A stretch of 64,000 nt of DNA from Squalus acanthias (GCA_030390025.1 JASTWF010000034.1:5332001-5396000); one strand, 5' to 3'; shown: positions 1 to 13,769, counted from the first letter of the stretch. Numbers and translations are program-made. The notes: generated from the letters alone by a model not told the origin.

Positions 1-364
1 CACATCACAGGCCGGGAATGGAGTGTGAATTCCCCCTTCTTTATGTATGGTTCAGTACCACACCTAATGAGAACTGACACACCACAGGCCGGGAATGGAG
101 CCTGGGTAATTCCTTCCTTCTCTGTAATGGTTCAGTACCTCACCGACTGTGAACAACTGACACATCACAGACCAGGAGTGCAGCCTGGGCTCTCCCTTCT
201 CTGTGTGTGGGCCACAGTACCTCTTTGACTGTGTACAACTGACATACCACAGCCCGGGAATGGAGCCTGAGCCCTTCCTTCGCTGTGTGTGGGCCATAGT
301 ACCTCTTTGACTGTGAACAACTGACATACCACAGCCCGGAAATGGAGCCTGAGCCCTCCCTTCT
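1..364. repeat. ~80-82-bp minisatellite, block 1 (runs off the window start)
   Basis: Recurring unit approx. CAGTACCTCACCGACTGTGAACAACTGACAYACCACAGGCCGGGAATGGAGCCTGAGCCCTYCCTTCTCTGTGTGTGGGCCT; interrupted at ...CCCTTCT by the LINE. Confidence 0.9.
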
Positions 365-3076
365 GTCAGTCTGGAAGGCAGAGCAAATATGTAACTGCAC
401 AAGGGAGTATGGCAAGGCTGGATGGCATTTATTTTAATCCAATGAGTCTTAGGAGTAAGGCAGATGAATTGAAGGTGTTGATGAACACATGGGAGTATGA
501 TATTGTTGCGATCACAGAGATATGGTTGAGGGAGGGGCAGGACTGGCAGCTCAATATTCCGGGGTATAGAATCTTCAGGCCAGACAGAGGGGATTGTAAA
601 AGATGAGGGGTGTCGCAATATTAATCAAGGAGACAATTACTGCTGTAAGGAGGGATGATATTTTCGCAGGTTTCTCTAATGAGGCCATTTGGGTAGAACT
701 TAAAAACAAAAAGGGGGCAAGCACTTTGCTGGGAGGGTACTATAGGCCCCCAAACACTCAGGGGGAGATAGAAGAACAGATATATAGCAAAATCTCAGAG
801 AAGTGTAGAAATAATAGTAGGCGATTTCAACTTCCACAATATTAACTGGGATAATTAGAGTGTGAAAGGCTTAGAGGGTGTTGCATTCTTAAAAGGCATC
901 CAGGAGTGATTTTTAAGCCAGCATATAAAAAGTCCTAAAAAGAGAGGGGGCGGTACTGGACCTAATTTTAGGGAATGTAACCGGGCAAGTGGTGGAAGTG
1001 TCAGTAGGGGAGCAGTTTGGTGACAGTGACCATAATTCGGTGAGATTTAAGGAAGTCTTGGAAAAGGACAAAAATGGACTGGAAATAAATGTTCTAAATT
1101 TGGGGAAGGCCGATTTTAACATAAAGGCAGGATCTGGCCAAAGTGGACTAGGATCAGCTACTTTTAGGAAAGTCCACAACGGAGCACTGGGAGTCATTCA
1201 GAAAGGAAATAGAGATAGTACAACGGCAACATGTTCCGTAAAGGTCAAGGGTGGGACCAACAATTCCAGGGAACCATGGATGTCAAGAGATATACAAGAG
1301 TGGATTAGGGTAAAAATGCATGTTCTTGGCAGATTCTAAGGATTAAAAACATTGGAAGCCCTAGAGGAGTATAGAAAGTGCAGGGGGGTACAAAAAAAGG
1401 AAATGAGGAGAGCGAAGAGGGGGCATGAAAAAACACTGGCTGGCAAAATAAAGGAAAATCCCGAGGTGTTTTATAAGTATATTAAGGGCAAGAGGATAAC
1501 CAGGGAAAGAGTAGGGCCCATTAGGGACCAAAGTGGCAATCTGTGTGTAGAGCCGGAAGATGTAGGTGAGGTTTTAAATGAATATCTTGCATCTGTGTTC
1601 ACTATGGAGAAGGATGATGTCGGCATAGAAATCAGGCAGGGGGATTGTGATATATTTGAACACATTAGCATTGAGAGGGAGGCGGTGCTAGTGGTTTTAG
1701 CGGGCTTAAAAGTGGATAAATCCCCAGGCCCAGGCGAAATTTATTCCAGGCTGCTTTGTGAGGCAAGGGAGGAGATTGCAGGGGCTCTGACACAAATTTT
1801 CAGAACCTCTCTGGCCACAGGGGCGGTGCCATAGGGCTGGAGGACAGCTGACGTAGCGCCATTGTTCAAGAAGTATAGTAGGGATAAACCTGTGAATTAC
1901 ATGCCAGTGAGCCTAACATCAGTGGTAGGGAAATTATTGGAAAACATTCTGAGGGACAGAATTAGTCTCCACTTGGAGAGGCAAGGTTTAATCAAGGATA
2001 GTCAGCATGGTTTCTTCAGGGGGAGATCATGTCTAAACAATTTGATTGAATTTTTCGAGGGGGTAACTAGGTGTGTGGATGAGGGTAGTGCAGTTGATGT
2101 AGTCCACATGGATTTCAGTAAGGCTTTTGCCAAAGTCCCGCATGGGAAACTGGTAAAGAAGCTAAGTGCCCATGGGATCCAGGGCAATTTGGCACATTAG
2201 ATCCAAAATTGGCTTAGAGGCAGGAGGCAGAGCGTGATGGTCGAAGGTTGTTTTTGTGACTGGAAGCCAGTGTCCAATGGTGTACCGAAGGGGTCAGGTG
2301 CTGGGTCCCTTGCTGTTTGTAGTGTTCATTACTGATTTGGATATGAATGTAGAAGGTATGATTAGTACGTTCGCAGATGACACGAAAATTGGTGGAGTGG
2401 TAAATAGCGAGGAGGGAAGCCTTAGGCTACAGGACGATATAGACGGGATGGTCAGCTGGGCAAAACAGTGGTAAATGGAATTTAACCCTGAAAAATGTGA
2501 AGTGATGCATTTTGGGAGGACTAACAAGGCAAGGGAATACACAATGAATGGTAGGACCCTAGGATGGACAGAGGATCAGTGGGACCTTCGTGTGCATGTA
2601 CATAGATCCCTGAAGGCAGTAGGACAGGTAGATAAGGTGGCTAAGAAGGCATATGGAATACTTGCCTTCATAAGCCGAGGCATAAAATATAAGAGCAGGG
2701 AGGTTATGATGGAGCTGTACAAAACGCTAGTTTGGCCACAGCTGCAATACTGTGTGCAGTTCTGGTCGCCACACTATAGGAAGGATGTGATTGCATTAGC
2801 TATGAAGAGAGACTGGACAGGCTGGGGTTGAGGAAAAACCTTTTTCACCCAGAGGGTGGTTGGAATCTGGAACTCACTGCCTGAAAGCGTGGTAGAGGCA
2901 GGTACCCTCACAACTTTCAAGAAGCATTTAGATGAGATCTTGAAAAACCATAGCATACAAGGCTACGGACGAAGTGCTGGAAAGTGGGATTATAATAGAT
3001 AGGGCTTGATGGCCGGCGCAGACACGATGGGTCGAAGGGCCTCATTCTGTGCTGTATAACTCTCTGACTCTATGAC
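365..3076 (+). mobile_element. CR1-clade (HER1-like) LINE, decayed ORF2 (APE endonuclease + RT) plus 3' tail, copy 1
   Basis: ORF fragments carry APE motifs (YDIVAITEIW, GDSDH) and RT motifs (PVSLTSVVGKLLE, QHGF, DFSKAF, FADDTK, FNPEKC, YCVQFWSP). Multiple stops and frameshifts. The 3' end has a GGGTCGAAGGGCC stem-loop-like motif and an (ACTCTATG)-type tail. Confidence 0.95.
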
Positions 3077-3816
3077 TATTCTCTGTGTCTGGGCCTCAGT
3101 ATTCCACCGAATGAGAGTAACTGACATACCACAGGCCGGAAATAGGAGTCTGAGCCTTTACTTCTCTGTGTGTGGGCCTCAGTACCTCAGCGACTGTGAA
3201 TAACTGACACGCCACAGGCCGGATATGGAGTCTGGGGCCACCCTTCTATGTGTGGGCCTCAGTACCTCACCGACTGTAAACAATTAACACAGCACAGGCC
3301 GGGTATGGAGCCTGGGGCCTCACTTCTCTGTGTGATCCTCAGTACCTCAACGACTGTAAACAATTAACACACCACAGGCCCGGAGTGGAGCCTGAGCCCT
3401 TCCTTCTCTGTGTATGGGGCTCAGTACCTCACCGACTGTGAACAAATGACACACCACAGGCCGGGTATTGTGCCTGAGTCCTTCCTTCTTTGTGTGTGGG
3501 CCTCATTACCACACCGAATGAGAACAACTGACACACTAGAGGCCTGCAATGGAGCCTGGGAACTTCCATCTCAGTGTGTGGGCCACAGTACCTCAGCAAA
3601 TGAAAACAACTGACATACCACAGTCCGTGAATGGAACCAGAGACACCCTTTTCTGTGTGTGGTCCTCAGTACCACACCGAATGAGAAGAACTGACATACC
3701 ATGGGCCGGGAATGGAGCCTGTGCCCTCCATTCTCTGTGTGTGGACCTCAGTTCCTCACCGACTGTTAACAACTGACATACCACAGCCCGGGAATGGAGC
3801 CTGTGCCCTCCCTTCT
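3077..3816. repeat. ~82-bp minisatellite, block 2 (~9 units)
   Basis: Same unit as block 1, lying between LINE copies 1 and 2. Confidence 0.9.
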
Positions 3817-6528
3817 ATCAGTCTGCAAGGCAGAGCAAATATGTAACTGCACAAGGGAGTATGGCAAGGCTGGATGGCATTTATTTTAATCCAAGGAGTC
3901 TTACGAGTAAGGCAGATAAATTGAAGGTGTTGATGAACACATGGGAGTATGATATTGTTGCTATCACAGAGATATGGTTGAGGGAGGGGCAGGAGTGTCA
4001 GCTCAATATTCCGGGGTATATAATCTTCAGGCGAGACAGAGGGGTGTGTAAAAGAGGAGGGGTGTCGCAATATTAATGAAGGAGACAATTACTGATGTAA
4101 GGAGGGATGATATCTTAGCAGGTTCCTCTAATGAGGCAATATGGGTAGAACATAAAAACAAAAAGGGGGCAAGCACTTTGCTGGGAGTGTACTATAGGCC
4201 CCTAAACAGTCAGGAGGAGATAGAAGTACAGATATATAGGCAAATCTCAGAAAAGTGTAGAAATAATAGGGTAATAATAGTAGGCGATTTCAACTTCCCC
4301 AATATTAACTGGGATAGTCAGAGAGTGAAAGGCTGAAAGGGTGCGGAATTCTTAAAGTGCTTCCAGGAGAGATTTTTAAGCCAGCATGTAGAAAGTCCTA
4401 CAAGAGAGGGGGCGGTACTGGACCTAATTCAATCTAATGTAGCCGGGCAAGTGGTAGAAGTGTCAGTCGGAGAGCATTTTGGTGACAATGACCATATTTC
4501 GGTTATATTTAAGGCAGTCTTGAAAAAGGACAAAGATGGACCGGAAATAGAGGTTCTAAATTGGGGGAAGGCAGCTTTTAATATGATAAGGCAGGATCTG
4601 GCCAAAGTTGACAGGGATCAGCAACTTGTAGGAAAATCCACATCGGAGCAGTGGGAGTCATTCAGAAAGGAAATAGAGAGAGTACTGCGCCAACATGTTC
4701 CATTAAAGGTCAAGGGTGGGACCAACAATTCCATTGAACACTGGATGTCAAGGGCTATACAAGAATGGATTCGGGAAAAGGGAGGTTCTTGACATATACA
4801 AAGGACTAAAAACAGTGGAAGTCCGAGAGGAGTATAGAAAGTGCATGGGGGTACTTAAAAAATAAATTAGGAGAGCGAAGTGGGGGCATGAAAATACACT
4901 GGTGGGCAAAATAAAGGAAAATCCCAAGGTGTTTTATAAGTATATTAAGGGCAAGAGGATAACCAGGGAAAGAGTAGAGCCCATTAGGGACCAAAGTGGC
5001 AATCTGTGTGTAGAGCCGGAAGATGTAGGTGAGGTTTTAAATGAAAATTTTGCATCTGTGTTCACTATGGAAAAGGACGATGTCGGCATAGAAATTAGAC
5101 GGGGTGATTGTGATATATTTGAACAAATTATCATTGAGAGGGAGGTGGTATTAGTGTTTTTTGCGGGCTTAAAAGTGAATAACTTCCCAGACCCAGACGA
5201 GATGTATCCCAGGCTGCTGTGTGAGGCAAGGGAGGAGATTGCAGGGTTTCTGACACAAATTTTCAGAACCTCTCTGGCCACAGGGGAGGTGCCAGAGGAC
5301 TGGACGACAGCTAACGTAGTGCCATTATTTAAGAAGGATAGTAGGGATAAACCAGTGAATTACAGGCCAGTGAGCCTCACATCAGTGGTAGGGAAATTAT
5401 TGGAAAACATTCTGAGGGAAAGAATTAGTCTCCACTTGGAGAGGCAAGTTTTAATCAAGGATAGTCAGCTTGGTTTTGTCAGGGAGAGACCATGTCTGAA
5501 CAATTTGATTGAATTTTTCGAGGGAGTAACTAGGTGTGTGGGTGAGGGTAGTGCAGTTGATGTAGTCCACATGGATTTCAGTAAGGCTTTTGCCGAAGTC
5601 CCGCATGGGAGACTGGTCAATTTGCCACATTAGATCTAAAATTGGCTTATTGGCAGGAGGCAGAGGGTGATGATCGAAGGCTGTTTTTGTGACTGGAAGC
5701 CTTTGTCCATTGGTTTAACGAAGGGGTCAGGTGCTGGGTCTCTTGCTGTTTGCAGTATTTATTACTGATTTAGATATGAATGTAGAAGGTATGATTAGTA
5801 AGTTCGCAGATGACACGATAATTGGTGGAGTGGTAAAAAGCGAGGAGGGAAGCCTCAGGCTACAGGACGATATAGATGGGATGGTCAGATGGGCAGAACA
5901 GTGGCAAATGGAATTTAACCATGAAAAATGTGAGATGATGCATTTTGGGAGGAGTAACAAGGCAAGGGAATACACAATGAGAGGGACCTTGGTGTGCATG
6001 TACATACGTCCCTGAAGGCAGTAGGACAGGTAGATAAGGTGGTTAAAAAGGCATACGGGATACTTGCCTTCATTAGCCGAGGCATGCAATATAAGAGCAG
6101 AGAGGTTATGATGGAGCTGTATAAAACGCTAGTTAGGCCACAGCTGCAATACTGTGAGCAGTTCTGGTCGCCACACTATAGGAAGGATGTGATTGCATTA
6201 GCGGGGGTGCACAGGAGATTCACCAGGATTTTACCTGGGCTGGAGCCTTTCAGCTATGAAGAGAGACTGGACAGGCTGGGGATGAGGAAAACCTTTTTCA
6301 CCCAGAGGGTGGTTGGAATCTGGAACTCACTGCTTAAAGCGTGGTAGATGCAGGAACCCTGACAAAATTCAAGAAGCATTTAGATGAGATCTTGAAACAC
6401 CATAGTATACAAGGCTACGGACCAAGTGCTGGAAAATGGGATTATAATAGATAGGGCTTGATGATCGGCGCAGACACGATGGGCCGAAGGGCCTCTTTCT
6501 GTGCTGTATAACTCTATGACTTTATGAG
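3817..6528 (+). mobile_element. CR1-clade LINE, decayed ORF2, copy 2
   Basis: Same start as copy 1 (MARLDGIYFN at 3861); GDFN and FADD motifs; ends TATAACTCTATGACTTTATGA; stops and deletions present. Confidence 0.95.
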
Positions 6529-7026
6529 TATTCTCTGTGTCTGGGCCTCAGTATCCCACCGAATGAGAGCAACGGACATACCACAGGCCGGCTCTGGAGT
6601 CTGAGCCTTTCCTACTCTGTGTGTGGGCCTCCGTACCTCACCGACTGTGAATAACTGACACACTACAGGCCGGGACTGGAGCCTGGGCCATTGCTTCACT
6701 GTGTGTGGGGCTCAGTGCCTCAGCAAATGAAAACAACTGACATACCACAGGCCGTGAATGGAACCAGAGGACTCCCTTCTCTGTATGTGGGCCTCAGTAC
6801 CACAGCGAATGAGAAGAACTGACATACCATGGGCCGGGAATGGAGCCTGAGCCCTTCTTTCTCTGTGTGTGGTCCTCATTACCTCACCGAATGTGAACAA
6901 CTAACAAAGCACTGGCCGGAAATGGAGCCTGTGCCCTCCATTCTCTGTGTGTGAACCTCAGTTCCTCACCGACTGTTAACAACTGACAGACCACAGCCCG
7001 GGAATGGAGCCTGTGCCCTCCCTTCT
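6529..7026. repeat. ~82-bp minisatellite, block 3 (~6 units)
   Basis: Same unit as block 1. Confidence 0.9.
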
Positions 7027-9770
7027 ATCAGTCTGGAAGGCAGAGCAAATATGTAACTGCACAAGGGAGTATGGCACGGCTGGATGGCATTTATTTTAAT
7101 CCAAGGAGTCTTACGAGTAAGGCAGATAAATTGAAGGTGTTGATGAACACATGGGAGTATGATATTGTTGCTATCACAGAGATATGGCTGAGGGAGGGGC
7201 AGGACTGTCAGCTCAATATTCCGGGGTATAGAGTCTTCGGGCGAGACAGAGGGGTGTGTAAAAGAGGAGGGGTGTCGCAATATTAATCAAGGAGACAATT
7301 ACTGATGTAAGGAGGGATGATATCTTAGCAGGTTCCTCTAATGAGGCCATATGGGTAGAATATAAAAACAAAAAGGGGGCAAGCACTTTGCTGGGAGTGT
7401 ACTATAGGCCCCTAAACAGTCAGGAGGAGATAGAAGTACAGATATATAGGCAAATCTCAGAAAAGTGTAGAAATAATAGGGTAATAATAGTAGGCGATTT
7501 CAACTTCCCCAATATTAACTGGGATAGTCAGAGTGTGAAAGGCTGAAAGGGTGCGGAATTCTTAAAGTGCATCCAGGAGAGATTTTTAAGCCAGCATGTA
7601 GAAAGTCCTACAAGAGAGGGGGCGGTACTGGACCTAATTCTATGGAATGTAGCCGGGCAAGTGGTGGAAGTGTCAGTCGGAGAGCATTTTGATGACAATG
7701 ACCATATTTCGGTGAGATTTAAGGCAGTCTTGAAAAAGGACAAAGATGGACCGGAAATAGAGGTTCTAAATTGGGGGAAGGCAGCTTTTAATATGATAAG
7801 GCAGGATCTGGCCAAAGTGGACAGGGATCAGCAACTTGTAGGAAAATCCACATCGGAGCAGTGGAAGTCATTCAGAAAGGAAATAGAGAGAGTACAGCGC
7901 CAACATGTTCCATTAAAGGTCAAGGGTGGGACCAACAATTCCATGGTACACTGGATGTCAAGGGCTATACAAGAATGGATTCGGTAAAAGGGAGGTTCTT
8001 GACATATACAAAGGACTAAAAACAGTGGAAGTCCGAGAGGAGTATAGAAAGTGCATGGGGGTACTTAAAAAATAAATTAGGAGAGCGAAGTGGGGGCATG
8101 AAAATACACTGGTGGGCGAAATAAAGGAAAATCCCAAGGTGTTTTATAAGTATATTAAGGGCAAGAGGATAACCAGGGAAAGAGTAGAGCCCATTAGGGA
8201 CCAAAGTGGCAATCTGTGTGTAGAGCCGGAAGATGTAGGTGAGGTTTTAAATGAAAATTTTGCATCTGTGTTCACTATGGAAAAGGACGATGTCGGCATA
8301 GAAATTAGACGGGGGGATTGTGATATGTTTGAACAAATTATCATTGAGAGGGAGGTGGTATTAGTGGTTTTTGCGGGCTTAAAAGTGAATAACTTCCCAG
8401 ACCCAGACGAGATGTATCCCAGGCTGCTGTGTGAGGCAAGGGAGGAGATTGCAGGGTTTCTGACACAAATTTTCAGAACCTCTCTGGCCACAGGGGAGGT
8501 GCCAGAGGACTGGACGACAGCTAACGTAGTGCCATTATTTAAGAAGGATAGTAGGGATAAACCAGTGAATTACAGGCCAGTGAGCCTCACATCAGTGGTA
8601 GGGAAATTATTGGAAAACCTTCTGAGGGAAAGAATAAGTCTCCACTTGGAGAGGCAAGGTTTAATCAAGGATAGTCAGCATGGTTTTGTCAGGGGGAGAC
8701 CATGTCTGAACAATTTGATTGAATTTTTCGAGGGGGTAACTAGGTGTGTGGATGAGGGTAGTGCAGTTGATGTAGTCCACATGGATTTCAGTAAGGCTTT
8801 TGCCAAAGTCCCGCATGGGAGACTGGTCAATTTGCCACATTAGATCTAAAATTGGCTTAGTGGCAGGAGGCAGAGGGTGATGGTCGAAGGCTGTTTTTGT
8901 GACTGGAAGCCTTTGTCCATTGGTTTAACGAAGGGGTCAGGTGCTGGGTCTCTTGCTGTTTGCAGTATTCATTACTGATTTAGATATGAATGTAGAAGGT
9001 ATGATTAGTAAGTTCGCAGATGACACGAAAATTGGTGGAGTGGTAAATAGCGAGGAGGGAAGCCTCAGGCTACAGGACGATATAGACGGGATGGTCAGAT
9101 GGGCAGAACAGTGGCAAATGGAATTTAACCCTGAAAAATGTGAGATGATGCATTTTGGGAGGACTAACAAGGCAAGGGAATACACAATGAATGGTAGGAC
9201 CCTAGGAAGTACAGATGATGAGAGGGACCTTGGTGTGCATGTACATACGTCCCTGAAGGCAGTAGGACAGGTAGATAAGGTGGTTAAAAAGGCATACGGG
9301 ATACTTGCCTTCATTAGCCGAGGCATGCAATATAAGAGCAGAGAGGTTATGATGGAGCTGTATAAAACGCTAGTTAGGCCACAGCTGCAATACTGTGAGC
9401 AGTTCTGATCGCCACACTATAGGAAGGATGTGATTGCATTAGCGGGGGTGCACAGGAGATTCACCAGGATTTTACCTGGGCTGGAGCCTTTCAGCTATGA
9501 AGAGAGACTAGACAGGCTGGGGATGAGGAGAACGTTTTTCACCCAGAGGGTGGTTGGAATCTGGAACTCACTGCCTGAATGCATTGTAGAGGCAGGAACC
9601 CTGACAAAATTCAAGAAGCATTTAGTTGAGACCTTGAAACACCATAGTATACAAGGCTACGGGCCAAGTGCTGGAAAATGGGATTATAATAGATAGGGCT
9701 TGATGATCGGCGCAGACACGATGGGCCGAAGGGCCTCTTTCTGTGCTGTATAACTCTATGACTCTATGAC
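7027..9770 (+). mobile_element. CR1-clade LINE, decayed ORF2, copy 3
   Basis: MARLDGIYFN at 7071; the 243-aa and 155-aa RT fragments are nearly identical to copy 2; ends TATAACTCTATGACTCTATGAC. Confidence 0.95.
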
Positions 9771-10269
9771 TATTCTCTGTGTCTGGGCCTCAGTATCCCA
9801 CCGAATGAGAGCAACTGACATACCACAGGCCGGCTCTGGAGTCTGAGCCTTTCCTACTCTGTGTGTGTGCCTCCGTACCTCACCGACTGTGAATAACTGA
9901 CACACTACAGGCCGGGACTGGAGCCTGGGCCATTGCTTCACTGTGTGTGGAGCTCAGTGCCTCAGCAAATGAAAACAACTGACATACCACAGGCCGCGAA
10001 TGGAACCAGAGGACTCCCTTCTCTGTGTGTGGGCCTCAGTACCACAGCGAATGAGAAGAACTGACATACCATGGGCCGGGAATGGAGCCTGAGCCCTTCT
10101 TTCTCTGTGTGTGGTCCTCATTACCTCACGGAATGTGAACAACTAACAAAGCACTGGCCGGAAATGGCAGCCTGTGCCCTCCATTCTCTGTGTGTGGACC
10201 TCAGTTCCACAGCGACTGTGAAGAACTGACATACCACAGCCCGGGAATGGAGCCTGTGCCCTCCCTTCT
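9771..10269. repeat. ~82-bp minisatellite, block 4 (~6 units)
   Basis: Near-identical to block 3 (6529-7026). Confidence 0.9.
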
Positions 10270-12991
10270 ATCAGTCTGGAAGGCAGAGCAAATATGTAAC
10301 GGCACAAGGGAGTATGGCAAGGCTGGATGGCATTTATTTTAATCCAAGGAGTCTTACGAGTAAGGCAGATACATTGAAGGTGTTGATGAACACATGGGAG
10401 TATGATATTGTTGCTATCACAGAGGTATGGTTGAGGGAGGGGCAGGACTGGCTGCTCAATATTCCGGGTTATAGAATCTTCAGGCGAGACAGAGTGGTGT
10501 GTAAGAGAGGAGGTGTGTCGCAATGTTAATCAAGGAGACAATTACTGCTGTAAGGAGGGATGATATCTTAGCAGGTTCCTCTAATATGCCATATGGGTAG
10601 ATCTTAAAAACAAAAAGGGGGCAAGCACTTTGCTGGGAGTGTACTATAGGCCCCCAAACAATCAGTGGGAGATAGAAGAACAGATATATAGGCAAATCAC
10701 AGAGAAGTGTAGAAATAATAGGGTAATAATAGTAGGCGATTTCAACATCCCTAATATTAACTGGGCTAGTCAGAGTGTGAAAGGCTTAGAGGGTGCGGAA
10801 TTCTTAAAGTTCATCCAGGAGAGATTTTTAAGCCAGCATGTAGAAAGTCCTACAAGAGAGGGGGCGGTACTGGACCTAATTCTATGGAATGTAAGCGGGC
10901 AAGTGGTAGAAGTGTCAGTAGGAGAGCATTTTGGTGACAGTGATCATAATTCGGTGAGATTTAAGGTAGTCTTGGAAAAGGACAAAGATGGACTGATAAT
11001 AAAGGTTCTAAATTGGGGAAGGCCGATGTTAATATGATAAGGCAGGATCTGGCTAAAGTGGACTGGGATCACCAACATTGTAGGAAAATCCACATCGGAG
11101 CAGTGGGAGTCTTTCAGAAAGGAAATAGAGAGAGTACAGCGCCAACATGTTCCCGTAAAGGTCAAGGGTCGGACCAACAATTCCAGGGAACCCTTGAATT
11201 CAAGGGATATACAAGATAGGATTAGGGTAAAAAGGGAGGTTCTTGGCAGATACTAAGCACCGAACACAGTTGAAGTCCTGGAGGAGTATAGAAAGTGCTT
11301 GGGGTTACTTAAAAATGAAATTAGGACAGCGAAGAGGGGGCAAGAATAAACACTGGCTGGCAAAATAAAGGCAAATCCCAAGGTGTTTAATAAGTATATT
11401 AAGGGCAAGAGGATAACCAGGGAAAGAGTAGGGTCCATTAGGGACCAAAGTGGCAATCTGTGTGTAGAGCCGGAAGATGTAGGTGAGGTTTTTAATGAAT
11501 ATTTTGCATCTGTATTCACTATGGAGAAGGACGATGTAGGCATATAAATCAGGCAGGCGGATAGTGATATATTTGAACGAATTATCATTGAGAGGGAGGA
11601 GGTACTAGTGGTTTTTGCGGGCTTAAAAGTAGTAACTTCCCAGGCCCAGACGAGATGTATCCCAGGCTTCTGTGTGAGGCAAGGGAGGAGATTGCAGGGG
11701 CTCTGACACAAATTATCAGAACCTCTCTGGCCACAGGGGCGGTGCCAGAGAACTGCAGCACAGCTAACGTAGTAGCATTATTCAAGAAGGGTAGTATGGA
11801 TAAATCAGTGAATTACAGGCCAGTGAGCCTACCATCAGTGGTAGGGAAATTATTGGAAAAAATTCTGCGGGACAGAATTAATCTCCACTTGGAGAGGCAA
11901 GGATTACTCAAGTATTGTCAGCATATCTTTGTCAGGGGGAGATCATGTCTAAAGAATTTGATTGAATTTTTCGAGGGGGTGACTAGGTGTGTGAATGAGG
12001 GTAGTGCAGTTGATGTAGTCTAGAAGGTAAGTGCCCTTGGGATCCAGGGCAATTTGGCACTTTAGATCTAAAATTGGCTTAGTGGCATGAGGCAGAGGGT
12101 GATGGTTGAAGGTTGTTTTTATGACTGGAAGCCTGTGTCCAGTGGTGTACCGAAGGCAATGGTGCTGGGTCTCTTGCTGTTTGTAGTGTACATTGATGAT
12201 TTAGATATGAATGTAGACAGTATGATCAGTAAGTTCGCAGACAACACGGAAACTAGTGGAGTCGTAAATAGCGAGAAGGGAAGCCTCAGCCGAAAGGACT
12301 ATATAAACGGGATGATCAGTAGGGCAGAACAGTGGCAAATGGAATTTAACCCTGAAAAATGTGAGGTGATGCATTTTGGGAGGACTAACAAGGCAAGGGA
12401 ATAAACAATGAATGGTAGGACCCTAGGAAGGACAGAAGATCAGAGGGACCTTGGTGTGCATGCACATAGATCCCTGTAGGCAGCAGGACAGGTAGGAAAG
12501 GTAGTTAAGAAGGCATACGGGATATTTGCCTTCATTAGCCGAGGCATAGAATATAAGAGCAGGGAGGTTATGATGGAGCTGTAGAAAACGCTAGTTAGGC
12601 CACAGCTGCAATACTGTGTGCAGTTCTGGTCGCCACACTATAGGAGGGATGTGATTGCATTAGCGGGGTTGCAGAGGAGATTCACCAGGACGTTACCTGG
12701 GCTGGAGCCTTTCAGCTATGAAGAGAGACTGGACAGGCTGGGGTTGAGGAAAACCTTTTTCACGCAGAGGGTGGTTGGAATCTGGAACTCACTGCCTGAA
12801 AGGGTGGTAAAGGCAGGAACCCTCACAACTTTCAAGAAGCATTTAAATGAGATCTTGAAACACTATAGCATGCAAGGCTACGGACCAAGTGCTGCAAAAT
12901 GGGATTATAATAGATAGGGCTTGATGGTCGACGCAGACACGACTGGCCGCAGGGCCACTTTCTGTGCTGTATAACTCTATGACTCTATGAC
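10270..12991 (+). mobile_element. CR1-clade LINE, decayed ORF2, copy 4
   Basis: MARLDGIYFN at 10314; GDFN and GDSDH present; RT catalytic motif mutated (FADNT); same 3' tail as the other copies. Confidence 0.95.
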
Positions 12992-13749
12992 TATTCTCTG
13001 TGTCTGGGCATCAGTATCATACCGAATGGGAGCAACTGACATACCACAGGCCGGGAATGGAGTCTGAGCCTTTCCTGCTCTGTGTGATCCTCAGTACCTC
13101 ACCGACTGTGAACAACTGACACACCACAGGCAGGGAATGGATCCTGGACCTCCATTCAGTGTGTGTGGGCGTCGGTACCACACCGACTGATAAGAAGTGA
13201 CACACCACAGGCCGGGAAAGGAGCCTGAGCCCACACTTAAATGTGTGTGGGCCTCAGTACCTCAATGAGTGTAAACAACTGACACAACACAGGCCGGGAA
13301 TGGAGCCTTGTCCCTCCCTTCTCAATGTGTGGACTTAAATTCCACATCGAATTCGAACAACTGGCGCACTACAGGCCGGGAATGGGGCCTGGCCCCTTCC
13401 TTCTCTGTCTGTAGGGCTCAGTCCCTCACCGACTGTGAACAAGTAACACACCACAGGCCGGGAATGGAGCCTCACCCCTTCCTTCTCTGTGTGTGGCTCA
13501 GTACCTCCCCGACTGTGAACAAGTAACACACCACAGGCCGAGAATGGAGCCTCACCCCTTCCTTCTCTGTATGTGTGGCTCAGTGCCTCACCGACTGTGA
13601 ACAAGTAACACACCACAGGCCGGGAATGGAGCCTCACCCCTTCCTTCTCTGTGTGTGGGCCTCAATACCTCACCGACTGTGAACAACTGGCATCCTGCAG
13701 GCCGAGACTGGAGCCTGGTCCCTCCCTTCTCTGTGTGTGGAGCTCAGTG
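12992..13749. repeat. ~82-bp minisatellite, block 5 (~9 units, right end of array)
   Basis: GACTGTGAAC recurs at 13431, 13511 and 13593 (80-82 bp period). Confidence 0.9.
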
Positions 13750-13769
13750 GTCGATTAGCTCATTAGATC

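Larger units (their letters stand above)
365..13749 (+). repeat. Composite macrosatellite: 4 tandem units of [CR1 LINE + 82-bp minisatellite], period ~3.2-3.45 kb
   Basis: ORF2 start codons at 409, 3861, 7071 and 10314 (spacings 3452, 3210, 3243); identical LINE/minisatellite junctions in all four units. Confidence 0.9.

Noticed and set aside
409..12917. Functional reverse transcriptase gene or domesticated RT cluster
   Set aside because: Every copy has several stops, frameshifts and deletions, and ORF1 and the 5' UTR are missing.
1..13749. The 82-bp minisatellite as a dimer of the 42-bp satellite
   Set aside because: Only short motifs are shared (GACACACC, CCGGGA, CTCTGTG), and I could not make a colinear alignment by eye.
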